From: Octopus bimaculoides
Lineage: Eukaryota
Length of the DNA: 64,000 nucleotides
NCBI RefSeq assembly: GCF_001194135.2
Contig: NC_068982.1
Coordinates: forward strand, 154,072,919-154,136,918
Reading direction: 5' to 3'
Shown here: one piece after another, positions 51,146 to 64,000 of the stretch
How positions within the stretch are numbered: position 1 is the first letter of the stretch
How the letters are laid out: the number at the start of each line of letters is the position of its first letter
Notes under the pieces: generated by a model
Databases searched by the model: none
What the model saw: only the letters and a program-made list of their open reading frames with translations
What the model was told of the DNA's origin: nothing
Made by a program: the position numbers and the translations under genes

Positions 51146-54100
51146 CTGAAAGAGAAACAAGAAACAATTTTATTCAAAAGTTTAAACATTATTTTAATGT
51201 AAATGACCTAAGACACTCAAGCACAAATTTGGGATAGAAAAGTTAAGTCTTTACTAATAAGAATTGACCACATATCTATTAGTTATTAGGTAACCATGGT
51301 ATCAATTAAAGTACAGAGCCTCTGCCATTCCTTCTTTTCAAATCATATACAATAATTGAAGTTTTAAGAAGCAATGGTTTGATAGAATTATTAAGAGTGT
51401 CAGACAAAATGACCTGAAGCATTTATTCCAGCTCTTTATGTTTTAAGTTCAAATCCCATTAAGGTCAGCTTCATTTTTCGTAGTTCCAAAGTACCAATTT
51501 AAAATGACGAATATTTGTTCTAGCTCTTCACAATGATAATCTCCTGCAACATAGCTGGTGACAAACTGTATCAGGTCTCACCATTCCCTTGAACAACTTC
51601 AAATACATGGAGAGGGGATACATGCTACATGGACAACCAGAGATGTTCTGTAAAAGATTTTGCCCAAGACTGTTTCCTGAAGAGGAACTTTCCAGGAAGA
51701 GATATAAAAACAACCCTAACTGGCAGAGGCCTTAGAAACTGTTATTTTAATTTACAATTTGATCATATTCATAGATGTAGTTGTTATTGCAAACATCAAA
51801 CTGCAGTAAAATACCTATGTCGCACATTAGTTGATGGATGAATACATCGATAGAGGCATAAACAGCAGTTGATAAGTAGGCCTAATATGCCACGTATAGT
51901 TTTAAGGATATCAGTTCTTGTTCTAAAGCAAAGAAGCATGATAGTGATGGCCAGAAAATTAAAGTTAATCATATCAATATTACAGACTGAAAGGGATACT
52001 AACTATCAGAATGTGTAACATTAAACTGCATTGGTGGACTAAGGTCTGATGTCATCTTCCCTTTCCATTCAAAATCATCTGAGCTTTTCATTCAAAAGTC
52101 AATAAAATACTCCTTGTACTGGGAAGAGATACACACTGAGTAATGTATAATCAAACATACTGAGATGGCACTGGACAAGGTGTTATACTACATGCTAGTA
52201 GATCATACTGGGATGAAGTACACATTATGTATTGTAAGTACTGGAGTGTAGATAATGAAGTCAAAATCACTACAGGTGTTTCATTGTTTCTGTTCAGAAT
52301 AACTTTATTCTGCATTGTCTCAGTTCACCATGAGAGAATTACCTGATAGTAGATTGCCACCTTATTAAGGAGGTGATTTACTTATCCACTTAGCACTCTG
52401 AAAATGCTTTCGAAAAAAAAAGACTCAGCTTTGACAGGTTACTAAATATCATATTGTCACCATCATCATTTAACACTTGTATTGCTATAAGTTGGATGTT
52501 TCAACAGGATCTAACTAACCTGGGAACTGCATTAGTTCCCAATGTTTCCTTTGATAAAGTTTCTACAGCTAGATGCCCTTTCTAATGTCAACCACTATAC
52601 AAAATATACCGGGTGTTTTTTTTCAGGGCACCATCACTTGTCTGCTTAGTAAAGGTTTACACTTTCATACAAACAACTTCTTTTAAAATGAATTAACAAA
52701 ACTTCAAAAACTTCAACTAGGTAATAATTACAACTATAGAGTTTGAATAACTTTGCATGTTTAGGAGAAGAAAGAAAACTGAGAGAAAAGACATTTTTCA
52801 ACTGAATTAATTACTACTACTTTCAATGAATATAGGATATTAGTAGTGACATTAAAAACAATAAGGGACACTAAATATTACTTACCATAGAAGATGTGAG
52901 CATGTGGCTTAAGATTACAACAGCTACCCATATGTACTTCTTTTTATCCCAAGCAAAGAAACAGATGATACCCCAGAAAGTGTGTAGGAACACAAATGAC
53001 AATGTCAGGAAAGCTAAACAAAGAGAAACAAAAGAAAATCAGTTAAGCTTTATAAAACCACTGAAATTCAGTGAGATTAGTAGTTGTTACACAAATTAGG
53101 GACTTTTAAAAACCTTTCAGCGTTGATTAGTTACTCAAGTCACATTATCTTCTTGATCAAGGCAACGAAATTCAACATGCAAATTATATCGTAAAATTAA
53201 TACGATTGGTCTAATTCACATGAAATATCTCAGCAGGAGTCACTTTAGCTCAGTGGCTTTCAACCATTTTTTACCTATGGACCCCTTCAATTCCTATTTT
53301 ACTGGGGCTCATAACCATTCAATTTCTAAAAAAATCTTATTGTATTTTTAGGATTAAATATTATTAGGAACTGTAAGAAAAATTGTTTAAATATTTTGTA
53401 TATTGTAAACATATAACCAGTTTATTGCACATAAATTTTAACAACAAAATTTGATATGGACCCCAAGGGCCATATGGACACCTCTTGAAAAACCACTGCT
53501 ATAGTTGGTAGGCCTAATATATAGCCTGGTTTAACATCATCACCTGATTGCTGGGTATCTTTAGCAGAGGCAGTAGTTACTCTCAGAACTTACAAAGAAT
53601 TAGTATTTCTAATTAAAACAAATTTAAATCATTAAAAGTTAACAATGTCTAAACATGATGGAATGACACATCTGATACCAAAAATGGAAACAACTTACAA
53701 CATCAAAATACACACTGTCAACACTTACAATCAGGAAATTTATAAATTCATTATAAGAGCATAATAACTATTGTAAAATGCATAAAACATTTCAGAGTCA
53801 TCTAACAATGACTTGGTCTGGGACTACATGTTGAAACTGAAGTTGAAGAGCTGTTAAATAAACTTTGAATTTAAAGTGAATTTAACAGCTTTGTTATTAA
53901 GTGGCTCTTCCATTTTATGGTTGTATAAAATATATTTTTGTAATGAAACATAGGAAATAAATCAGAGAGAAAGAGAATGTCAAACAACCAAAGATTTATC
54001 TTATTTATTTTCAGATTAGAAAATGTTTTACCTGAAGCAAGGAAAAAATAAGGTGAATCTCCATGAATGCCAACAGTACCAGGTCCTGCCATGTCAGCTA

Positions 54101-57100
54101 ACACATTAATAAGTGAGAAGGCACCACATATGATACCAAAGCCAAGTCCAGATACTGGAATATATAAAAAAAACAGACTTAATATTGTAAACTAGTCAAA
54201 AATATAATTACTTCTAAAAATAACAAATAAGTGGTTATTAATGGTATGCAGGTTATTATACCTAAACTACTTTGTATTCATATCTCTATCCTCAATATAC
54301 AGAACTCTGGCTAACCATGTTCTCAGCTTCTTCCAGGATACCCCCATTTTTTCACTTTTTCCAAGTCTAGCTTTACTCATTCTATCATGCCAACCCCATG
54401 TTACCCACCAGCTGGCTGAGACACTGCTCCATCCAAAGATCCCTCCTAATATTAACTACTATAATCATCATTATTGTCCCCTCCTGGGACAACTGACAAA
54501 TAACATGCACAAGTCTTAAGTATGTTATTTCTCATCACAAAAAAGGCTCCATTTACTAAACAACAAAAATATAAACATATTAACTTTGTCTAAGTTGTCA
54601 TCATATTTTTCTAATTGGACGCAAAAATAAATCGATATCATTTTCATTCTAAACTTACTGTAAATAAAAGAAGAAAAAAAAAAAAGCAAAATCATTTTCA
54701 GTCATATCCACTAATAATCATATATAAGTACGATGGACTCTCGTCAATTTTGAAAAACAAGTGTTCCTGCTGTTTGCTCAATGAAATTATCAACTCTTTG
54801 TTTTATAGTTTAAGTAGCTGAGTATTCCACAGACATTTGTACATCTAAAGTAATCCTCAAACAGACTCACAACAATTCTCTTTTACAAAACTAATCCATC
54901 CATCCAGGCTAACATAGTTTCTGTCAACCCAATTTCAGTTACTAGGTTTGGGTAATTCTGAAGCTGTGGTAGAAGAGACTTGCCAAAGGTGCCACACAGT
55001 TGGACTAAACTAGTAACCATGTAATTTCAAAGCAAACTTCTTAACCATACAGCCATATTATCATTACCATCACTTTTGTCCTATTCCTTTTATACTGGCA
55101 TGAGTTGGATGGATCTTTTCTGGCACTATGCCTCACCGTGTGTTGCAGTCCTCCGGTATCTCCTTTCAGGTGTACAGTTTTTTGAAGTCTGTAACAATCA
55201 CTTTGCATTTCTTCCTCAGTTTTCCTCTTCTACAGGACTCTGTTACTCAGATTCCCAGATACTTCTTTACTCAACTATTACCTTCCTTGCTGTACACAAT
55301 ATCTGAGTCTTCTTATACCTAGTTTTTCTCTGATCTGTATTCCTTCATTCATGCACACTTAACATCACACATTCAACAGAGCATGCTCACCTCATTCCTT
55401 TCCCAACTTCACACAACCTCCACATTCAATGCCTATATTTGTAAGTAAAGGGCATCATACAATCTGTCCTTTATTTACAAAGAGAACTACTTTGTCGGTA
55501 ATAACTTCCTGAATTTTTTTCCATGCCATTTTCATTCTGGTTGCTATGCTTTTGGAACATGCCCCTCTCCTGCTAATTACATCACCTGGATAACAGACAC
55601 TATCAATTACTTTTAGGGAACCTTCCAGGTATTTGAAAGAATTTATTTCACAAGTATTCTTCCTGCAAACTACTCTTGTGCATCTACCTATGATCTCACT
55701 ATACATCTTGTGCTTTCATAGTTTAAATTTGACACATCACATGGAATTCTTACCAACTCCTTTTCTACATAATAAGTATGACCAAATTCCAAATAATAGT
55801 GGAGTCCTGTCTTCTTTCATGCTAATTAAAACTTTAGTCTTTCTTAAGTTTACTGTGAGACCTTCTGCTTTAAATTCCTTTTCTAAATCTTCAACCAATT
55901 CAGTTATTAGAATTATATTATCAGCATACTAGAGTTCTCATAGAAAGTTAGTCTTGGAGAACTAAGACTAGTATATGTCCTGTTCACCAGATATTTTCAG
56001 CACCTCAGCAACAGTTCCTGGTGGCTCAGCTGATTCTCCTGCCTTCAAATCTTTAAATGCACTTTCAATCACATAACTGTTAACTTCAACAGATGGTCCC
56101 TATGTGGAGTCTGCTTGAGATGCCCCCACCATCCTCTCTCTTTTTATGTATTCTCCACATTCAGTAACCTCTCTTAGTAATATTTCCACATTCTCTTTCA
56201 AGCTTCAGTGACAGTAAGTGCACTGCTTTCATTCTATACACACATTTCTCCAACAGCATCTTGGTTCATGATGACACACTGCTGTACCTCACACTTCTGT
56301 TCCTTTCATTACAGAAATTGGAATACCTCTTACTTTAAGCTTCTCTCCATGCTTTGTATACCTGATACTGAGTGATCTGATATGTTCCTTACCATCTCTC
56401 TTTTCTTATAATTCTTCCAGTTCTGTCTCTTAGCTTTTATGGCTCTATTTACTGCACCATTCCACTACCATGTCACCTTCCAAGTAACTGAAATAGTCTG
56501 TGTCTTGCAGCAAGTTGACTCATAGGAACTCCAAATTCTCCAATTGACAGTTATATGTCAATATCTCAATCACCGTCTTGTTAGACACATCCACTGGTAT
56601 CTCTTTGGACCTGTGTCTGGTTGAGGGATCTTTCAACTTACAAGCCTTCCTTTTCCAGGTTATTTTCTGCCCAAGAGTTTAGTTCTTCTGATGACATCAC
56701 TACTCACTAGTCTATGTTGAGTGGTACTTAGTATTCACAACCAACTGTCTGGCCCCCACATTTACCTAATTGGTAGGTAGGTGATCAATGGACTAGCTGG
56801 TTTCTTGAAATTAGTATTGTAAATGATAAGACCATTTGCATCACAGAACTCCAAGAGTCTTGACTTCTATCCAATCCTTGTACTATATCCATAGACTTTA
56901 TGTAGATTTGTATCTTTCATGATGTTGTCCAACATGTCCATCCTAATCATCAACTAGAATCTGGAAATTGCAATCATTTGTAATCAAAATAATCAGCAAG
57001 ATGACCTCATAGAAATGGTGCTTTGGTTCATCTGTTAGGCCTCATTGTGATGCATATGCAGAGATCACTGTTGCTGCTATGTTGCCTAAGATTAGTCTAA

Positions 57101-58394
57101 GCTTATTTGTTCTATCAGATACTCTACTTTAGTTACTTTATTTATGTATTTCTTAGCCAACAAAATTCCTATTCCACCCAGAAGAATTTGTGCCTGTGTT
57201 CCTGCTCATAAGGTATCTGATGAAGGTTTCCCACCACATTATCTCTATATACAGCACACAGCTACTTACATCTACTCTAACATCTCTACAATCTCTCCAC
57301 ACCTACCTTTCACTGAACCGATGTTGATGGTAGCAGCACTGAAATTTTGCACCTGACCAGAAGGGGAAAGTTTCCAGTGGTGAGTGGATGGTTTGCTGTC
57401 CATTTTTTGGCATCTGAAAGGAGGAGAGTTGGTGCGATCGTTTGATGACAGTTGAGCTGTTCTTACAGATGACCTGACATTCCCACCACACCACCCCACT
57501 ACCATACACAGCACTAGCATAGTGAATATCTGTCTTATATACATAGGGGTTTTGTTTTCATTGTATTTGTGACTGTTATGATTTTAACAAAACTTTATTA
57601 AAGCCCTTCCTAACACCAACCACTGTCCAGCATGAACTGGTTGTATTTTAGTACATCCCCAGCATCAACAGTGTTGTTTGGTAGAACTAAGTGTCTCTTC
57701 TATGCTGTATGGAGGTCTCTATTCAGAATTTTGCTCTCTTAGGCATAACTTCCACTGCAACTTTCGGAGTCCACATCTCTTTTTTATTCAGAGTTACTCC
57801 TCTTGTAGATGGTTGTCAGTTCTGCAGCTTGTGGCAATCCATGTCTCCTCTAAACAAAATGTCATTTAGAACTACAGCTCTCATTGTAGATCACCTTCAT
57901 AAGGCTGAGGAGTCACATGCTCAAGTTTGGACCACACAAGGGATCATGTAAAAGTTCCTTCAATGCCATATGTAGTCAGAATAGTTAGAGTTAATGGAAA
58001 TTGGTTATAATTGTTAAGATAGAGGATGAGGTCAGACAGGGCCACCAGCATGCTGGTTAGCAGACATATTTGCTAGGCAAGGTAGCACATCTAGTTTAAA
58101 TAGATGAAAAAAAAAATATTGGCTCAACTTTATTTAATTTCATGTCTGTGTTCCTATCCAAAATAGTAACTGTGATACCATCATTATTCTAATGAGCTAA
58201 GCAGAGTATTTAAAGAGAGACAAAAACCAACAAACAGACAAAAAAGATTCATCTTTTTATACAACTTAAAGAAACACGCATAGCAAAAAAAACAGAGTAA
58301 ATACAGAGTGAAACATCAGCTACAAATCAATAAATTTTACAATATGTATTGAACTTTTCTTTCTCCAATTTGTACGTCTAACACATACATACAT

Positions 58395-58438
<44 letters not shown>

Positions 58439-61400
58439 TATAAGGAGTTACGACGCAAAAACGTATAAATTCAAATGAACATATNNNNNNNNNNNNNNNN
58501 NNNNNNNNNNNNNNNNNNNNNNNNNNNNNNNNNNNNNNNNNNNNNNNNNNNNNNNNNNNNNNNNNNNNNNNNNNNNNNNNNNNNNNNNNNNNNNNNNNNN
58601 NNNNNNNNNNNNNNNNNNNNNNNNNNNNNNNNNNNNNNNNNNNNNNNNNNNNNNNNNNNNNNNNNNNNNNNNNNNNNNNNNNNNNNNNNNNNNNNNNNNN
58701 NNNNNNNNNNNNNNNNNNNNNNNNNNNNNNNNNNNNNNNNNNNNNNNNNNNNNNNNNNNNNNNNNNNNNNNNNNNNNNNNNNNNNNNNNNNNNNNNNNNN
58801 NNNNNNNNNNNNNNNNNNNNNNNNNNNNNNNNNNNNNNNNNNNNNNNNNNNNNNNNNNNNNNNNNNNNNNNNNNNNNNNNNNNNNNNNNNNNNNNNNNNN
58901 NNNNNNNNNNNNNNNNNNNNNNNNNNNNNNNNNNNNNNNNNNNNNNNNNNNNNNNNNNNNNNNNNNNNNNNNNNNNNNNNNNNNNNNNNNNNNNNNNNNN
59001 NNNNNNNNNNNNNNNNNNNNNNTATATATATGGCCTCATAGAGGGGATGACAGGGGACTGAGACTCCTGGCAGTTTGTTGCACTTAAGAAGAAATGTCAA
59101 GCTAAGCTAAAGCATGATTGTCCTTGCATACAGGCATGTCCTCTGCATCCCTGTCCAGCTGAACATTCCTAATCTTGCGGGTTTGTAGGTGTTGGTGCCA
59201 CCTAAAAAGGACCCATACCGCTGCCACATAAACTCACCCGTTCTAGTGCTGCTTAAAAGTACCCAGAACTACCTGTAAAGTGGTTGGAGTTAGGAAGGGC
59301 ATCCAACCGTTGAGACCATGTCAGGATAGACCTGGAGCCTGGGCAGCTCTTCAGCTGGCCATCTCCAGTCAAACCGTCCAACCCATACCAGCATGGAAAA
59401 CCGACATTGAATGATGATTATATCATTATCATCATCATTATTTAATGTCCGTTGACCATGCTGGCAATGGTTGGACGGATTGACCAGAGCTGGCAAGCTG
59501 GGTGGGGTTGCACCAGACTCCAGTCTGATTTGGCATGGTTTCTATGGTTAGGTTCCCTTCCTAATGCCAACCACTTTACAGAGTGTCATAGGTGTTTTTA
59601 CATGGTGCTGCATGGGTGCTTTTACATGGCACCATACAGGCGTTTTTACGGGGCACTGCCACAAGTGCTTTACATCACCAGCAGGATTGGTCTTAACACT
59701 TACTTTGCAGGGTACAGGTCTTGTTGAGTATAGCCAGGCACCAGGTGTCTCAATCCTTTGTCATCTTGCCTGAAAGGTTCAGCTTCCTGAGGTCATTCTT
59801 CAGTACTGGGTCTCCCACTTCCACATGTTCCATCACACACACACACACAAACACACACAGGTGTACAATTATCTACAACACACACCCACACACATTCACA
59901 ACAAACTACATGTAACATGGTTCAATGCATGACCTCACAAGCAGTAAACCTAGAACATGAATCATTCTACAAATTAATCTCATACAGTATCTCACATAGT
60001 AATTTGTGATCAGTATGTTTGCAATGTATTAGTAACTATTTAAATTTCATCTAAATATTGACTATTCTAATGTAAGATTATGTATCTATAACATGACAAA
60101 AAAGCAAAAAGGATTAGTGCATTAGTAAACCAAACATCTTACCATATGCCATGATGCTTTTATTAGTGATATCTTTGGGTCGTATATTACCACTTCGACC
60201 TTGCTGACTGACTCGTTGAAGGCCTTCATCTGCTTTTCTGTTCAATGATAAATTTAAAACAAATCATAGAAAGGAAATATAACTGAACAACACACAGACT
60301 ATTTTTCACTCCTTTTCTGTTTTTTTTAATGAAACTTTCATTCATTTTGTTTATTTTAGAAAGACAAATTTATATTTTTATACAACCTGATATTTTTTCA
60401 TTGCTTAGTCAAGAGAAAGGAGCAGTATCAATGAGCATTGCAGACCTACTGAGATTTATGAAATTGATGTACATATTTGATGTTTATCTTGAACACTTAT
60501 AAGCAGATATTTAAAACAACTTCCAAATTGGACATTAATTTATTTTGTGGTGGAAGTTTTTCTACAGTTAACGAATTTCAGTTGCGATTTTAAGTTGAAT
60601 ATGAAGACTTTAAAAGAGACAGTTTGGGAATACCCAGGTAGTATAAAAACAAGGACCAGTCAGCCTTGAACAGCTTCATATTAAAGTTAAATGAGTTTGC
60701 ACAAGTTGGATTTTCATGCAAATTTAAATAGTTTGTTTGAAATGTCTGCTGTAGTATTGTTTTTGAAACAGTTTCCTATTCATAATACCAACTACTTCAA
60801 TTAAAATGTAATGAGCTAACAATGTCACTCAACTAGTGAGGAATAGCAGCCAAATTCTACCATATTAAAGAAAAAAAAAGAGACATTGTTTTATGTAATT
60901 CTAAATACATTATGGTTGAAAAAAAAATAACATAAGGGTGGTCACATCAGGACAGTCTTTGATTATAATTCTATTCAATCAGAGATGGTTTAACCCTTTC
61001 ACCTTCAGATTCCTCTATCAAATGTAATGCTTATTTATTCACATTGCTTTAAATCAATCATGCATTATCTTCAAGATTTTCCTAATGGGATTGCTAATTT
61101 TTAGAAAAACATTGTAGGGTAAGTGTGAGAGGCTGGATCTGGCCAGTTTGAATACTAAAGGGCTAGAGCGTTGTTGGCACTCTGTCACTTACGATGTCGA
61201 GGGTTCCAGTTGATCCGATCAACGGAACAGCCTGCTCATGAAATTAACGTGCAAGTGGCTGAGCACTCCACAGACACGTGTACCCTTAACATAGTTCTCG
61301 GGGATATTCAGCATGACACAGAGTGTGACAAGGCTGACCCTTTGAATTACAAGCACAACAGAAACAGGAAGTAAGAGTGAGAGAAAGTTGTGGTGAAAGA

Positions 61401-62952
61401 GTACAGCAGGGTTCGCCACCATCCCCTGCCGGAGCCTCATGGAGCTTTTAGGTGTTTTCACTCAATAAACACTCACAACGCCCGGTCTGGGAATCGAAAC
61501 CGCGATCCTATGACCGCGAGTCCGCTGCCCTAACCACTGGGCCATTGCGCCTCCACAAAGGGCTAGAGTATATCAACAACATCTGTTAAAATGTGAAAAT
61601 AGTAGTCATTCTCAGTTAAGATCTCTGTCTTCATAAAACAAAGCAACTATCAAATTTTGAAACCCACCATTTAGGTTCAGTGGACTAAAACATTACCCAT
61701 TCAAACATCATATCTTACAAATTGAAGAAAACAGTTCCTTACCGTAACATTTTATAGAAGAGATACCGAAAGAGTTCTTGGAATAGTACGGAAAAGACCA
61801 ATCCAATTATTAAAGACTCTCGCAGTTTGTTGGCACCACTCATAATTTCTTTCGCCGCAAACCAAAGGATCGATGAAAATAGAAGTGAAAGCAGCCAGAA
61901 GAAGCCACTGTGGAGACAAACAGAAGAACTATATTATATTTTGTAAACAAACGATATAGAAAACTAATGACTGTCTAATGTAGAATTTAGACAAAATACT
62001 TTTACAACAGAACCAAATATTGAGTTTCCAACGAGCCTGTGTCTATTATATCACCATCATCATTATGCAGTCATTATCATCATCATAGACATACTTATTA
62101 CTATCATAACCAACATCATAATTATCAATGTCCCAATCATCATTAACACCACCAGAAACAACAGCATCGTGTAGAGTCATTTTAAGCATCAAAAACACAG
62201 ACACTGTTGTATATTTACTTTATTTTGTAATATATATTATCATTAGAGTAATGACAGTCTTTTGTCAAAGATCTACTTCAATATAGTTCTTAAAAGTAAG
62301 TTGTAGACATGTTCTTACAGGCAGTTTAATATTTCCTTTATTGGTTAAGGTACACACATGTAGCAGAGGAAACAACGAATGTGTTATCTTTGTCCATCTC
62401 AATGGCAATAACAGAGAAATTTAATGAGTAATGATTAAGAATCAGAACCAGGCTAGACACTGAATCCATAAGGAAGTCCATTCTACAATGAATGTTTATG
62501 GTGAGAATTTCATACAGAAGTATAAATTCCAGAAGAATGATCACAATAATATAATATAAACTAGGATGATGGCATAGCAGAATCAGTAAGAAGTTGGACA
62601 AAATGACTTGTAGTGTATAGTGTCTTTTACAATCTGAGTTCAAATCTAACTAAAGTCAACTTTAGATTTCATCCCTCCAGGGTCAATAAAATAAAGTATC
62701 AGTCAAGTACAGATGATAGGGGATGTGATATAATTACACTGGTGCCCTTTCTGACAAAATATGCCTAGCCTTATACCAATATTAGAAATCAATGTTATAC
62801 CAAAAAATTGTATAAATGAGGTAAGAAGGATTCACTCACCTAGCAATCAAAACAATAACCCTTAAGGGATCAGGGGCAATTGTAAAGATAAACATTGCCA
62901 AAGGAGGTCCAAAAGCAATGAATGTGCAACCAAAGAATTCCATCATCGTCAT
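50969..62952 (-). CDS. aph-1: Gamma-secretase subunit APH-1 (anterior pharynx defective 1), 6 coding exons, 266 aa
   Basis: Spliced by eye: MTMMEFFGCTFIAFGPPLAMFIFTIAPDPLRVIVLIASGFFWLLSLLFSSILW...FQELFRYLFYKMLRKADEGLQ...MAYVSGLGFGIICGAFSLINVLADMAGPGTVGIHGDSPYFFLASAFLTLSFVFLHTFWG...SHMLTSSMTYLN...SGGSLKYLPLALRCSKGRHETD*. Exon lengths 113+165+95+123+128+177=801 nt, all GT-AG, phases compatible. Family hallmarks present (established knowledge): FFGC.F.AFGP, KADEGL, TM4 GxxxG, GPG.VGIHGDS, LHTFWG. Confidence 0.98.
52886..53013 (-). CDS. aph-1: aph-1 coding exon 5 (128 nt)
   Basis: Acceptor TTTCTCTTTGTTTAG, donor ATG|GTAAGT; encodes AFLTLSFVFLHTFWGIICFFAWDKKKYIWVAVVILSHMLTSSM. Confidence 0.97.
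53251..53498. mobile_element. hAT (Charlie-type) MITE in aph-1 intron 4
   Basis: CAGTGGCTTTCAA ... TTGAAAAACCACTG; decayed 8-bp TSD ctttagct / ctatagtt. Confidence 0.75.
54032..54154 (-). CDS. aph-1: aph-1 coding exon 4 (123 nt)
   Basis: Acceptor TTTTTTTATATATTCCAG, donor CAG|GTAAAA; encodes VSGLGFGIICGAFSLINVLADMAGPGTVGIHGDSPYFFLAS. Confidence 0.98.
55075..56500 (-). mobile_element. Degenerate RTE-like LINE in aph-1 intron 3
   Basis: GSLKVIDSVCYPGDVIS...SIATRMKMAWKK (RTE YLG...ARI..AW.KF region); many stops. Confidence 0.75.
59273..59581. mobile_element. Tail-to-tail inverted pair of SINE-like repeats (family C) in aph-1 intron 3
   Basis: Arms 59273-59418 and 59432-59581 are reverse complements at roughly 75% identity by eye, joined at an (ATC/ATG)n tract. 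Confidence 0.85.
60143..60237 (-). CDS. aph-1: aph-1 coding exon 3 (95 nt)
   Basis: Acceptor ...ATTGAACAG, donor G|GTAAGA; encodes KADEGLQRVSQQGRSGNIRPKDITNKSIMAY. Confidence 0.97.
60991..61166. mobile_element. piggyBac-like (TTAA-CCC...GGG) MITE in aph-1 intron 2
   Basis: ttaaccctttcaccttcag ... tttgaatactaaagggctag termini. Confidence 0.5.
61169..61556 (-). mobile_element. Full-length tRNA-derived SINE (family B) with 12-bp TSD
   Basis: Head TGGAGGCGCAATGGCCCAGTGG (A box) ... GGTTTCGATTCC (B box); TSD aaagggctagag at 61157-61168 and 61557-61568. Confidence 0.93.
61743..61907 (-). CDS. aph-1: aph-1 coding exon 2 (165 nt)
   Basis: Acceptor TTTGTCTCCACAG, donor CG|GTAAGG; encodes SGFFWLLSLLFSS...FQELFRYLFYKMLR. 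Confidence 0.97.
62610..62795 (+). mobile_element. Decayed family-A SINE in aph-1 intron 1
   Basis: ctgagttcaaat...gtcaactt...catccctccagggtcaataaaataaagtatcag. Confidence 0.75.
62840..62952 (-). CDS. aph-1: aph-1 coding exon 1 (113 nt)
   Basis: ATG at 62952-62950 in AAAATGA context; donor AG|GTGAGT; encodes MTMMEFFGCTF...VIVLIA. Confidence 0.97.
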
Positions 62953-64000
62953 TTTGGCAGATTTTGGTCTAGAGATCTGTAGAGAAAAGGTAGCTTTTTT
63001 TGCCAGTAGCAGCAACACAGGAGTTTGAGTGTAGATTGACAATGGAGGCACAGGTGTGGGTTTCAGCAGGAACAGTTAGCTGTAATATAAAATTAAATAG
63101 AATGGGAAAGGTTTAAAACAGTGAATAGAGATGCAGAGGTATTAAGACATGAATGATGAACAAATAATGGTCAACTGACATTTGGAAGTACTAGACAAAT
63201 GTGAAACAGATTTTGTTTCTAAATCACTGAATGAGAGGCCAAAAGAAAGGCAAGAAGGATTTATAATTTGGCCTCAGTTAACCTTAAACTGGTATCACCA
63301 ACCAGATTTTGTACATAACAACCTAGTAAGGGAGCTCTGCTAGAAATAGTACCTAAATGACTCTCAAGTCACAGCCTGCTGTCTTTAAAAGACAAAAGAA
63401 TAGAAACCAAGACGGAGAAAATAAGGAAGGTTACAGCCAGAATGCCTCTGGTTATATGTCTGCATGATCAGAGTTTACTTGGTGCTAAACAACAAGGACA
63501 ACCAGACAAATTTTGCAATCAAGTAAATATATATAATCTCAAGAACTCAAGAAGAATTGTAAAAGATCTGTGTTAGCAGGAGGCAATACAATAAAAAACA
63601 AAAGAAAAAAAAGAGCAAAAATTATGTTAGTATGCCATGAGAAATGGATAGATTTGACATTTCATATAGAAAAGTCTTCATTAGAGAAGAATTCTCATAT
63701 GGAGGGCATCTATTCAGAACATTACATATTTCTGTTTTCTCAGAGAACACTCACTAACAGTTTATACCTTTGCTTTTATAGTTAAGCAGTTGGTGGACTT
63801 GCTCTCTTATGAGGCTAACTCAGAAATTTCTATGTACCATATCTGATGGCATAAAAGACACAAAGGCATATTACATAATCCTAATTTCAGGAAAAAACGT
63901 TTTTTGTGCACATAGAAGACCCAGAGTAATTTTTTTGAGACATTTTGGTGGGGGGAAAAGTGCATCTTACATGTTATCAAATACAGTAAGTCATTCATCT

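Noticed and set aside
62953-63051. 33-aa N-terminal extension of APH-1 in the ORF track
   Set aside because: It starts at GTG and crosses a good splice acceptor; family homology begins at the ATG at 62952.

Overview
AT-rich, microsatellite-dense animal genomic scaffold with about 11 N-gaps. The SINE families and repeat landscape look like an octopus or other coleoid cephalopod (inference, not provable from the window). One host gene is confidently identified: gamma-secretase subunit aph-1 on the minus strand. It has six coding exons (62952-62840, 61907-61743, 60237-60143, 54154-54032, 53013-52886, 51145-50969; 801 nt, 266 aa), all GT-AG and phase-compatible; its first non-coding exon is probably beyond the right edge. 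The rest is mostly mobile-element debris: many tRNA-derived SINEs, R4/Dong-like, RTE-like and CR1/L2-like LINE remnants, Tc1 and mariner remnants, hAT and piggyBac-like MITEs, and an LTR-element 3' end. The most notable structure is at 28.1-30.2 kb: a 1.9-kb retro-element carrying only an ORF1/Gag-like zinc-knuckle gene and no RT (HAL1-like). It has a 15-bp TSD and is inserted in sense orientation about 31 nt downstream of the TATA box of a TG...CA solo-LTR-like element, and its 3' tail is shared with a local SINE subfamily. Other leads: a 61-bp templated copy of aph-1 3'-flank sequence inside the Tc1 transposase, a degenerate Penelope-type hammerhead, an inverted SINE pair in aph-1 intron 3, and a by-eye chain of small minus-strand exon candidates (46 kb to 1.8 kb) that may be an unrecognised second gene (low confidence). 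Repeat boundaries without a stated TSD or TIR are approximate.
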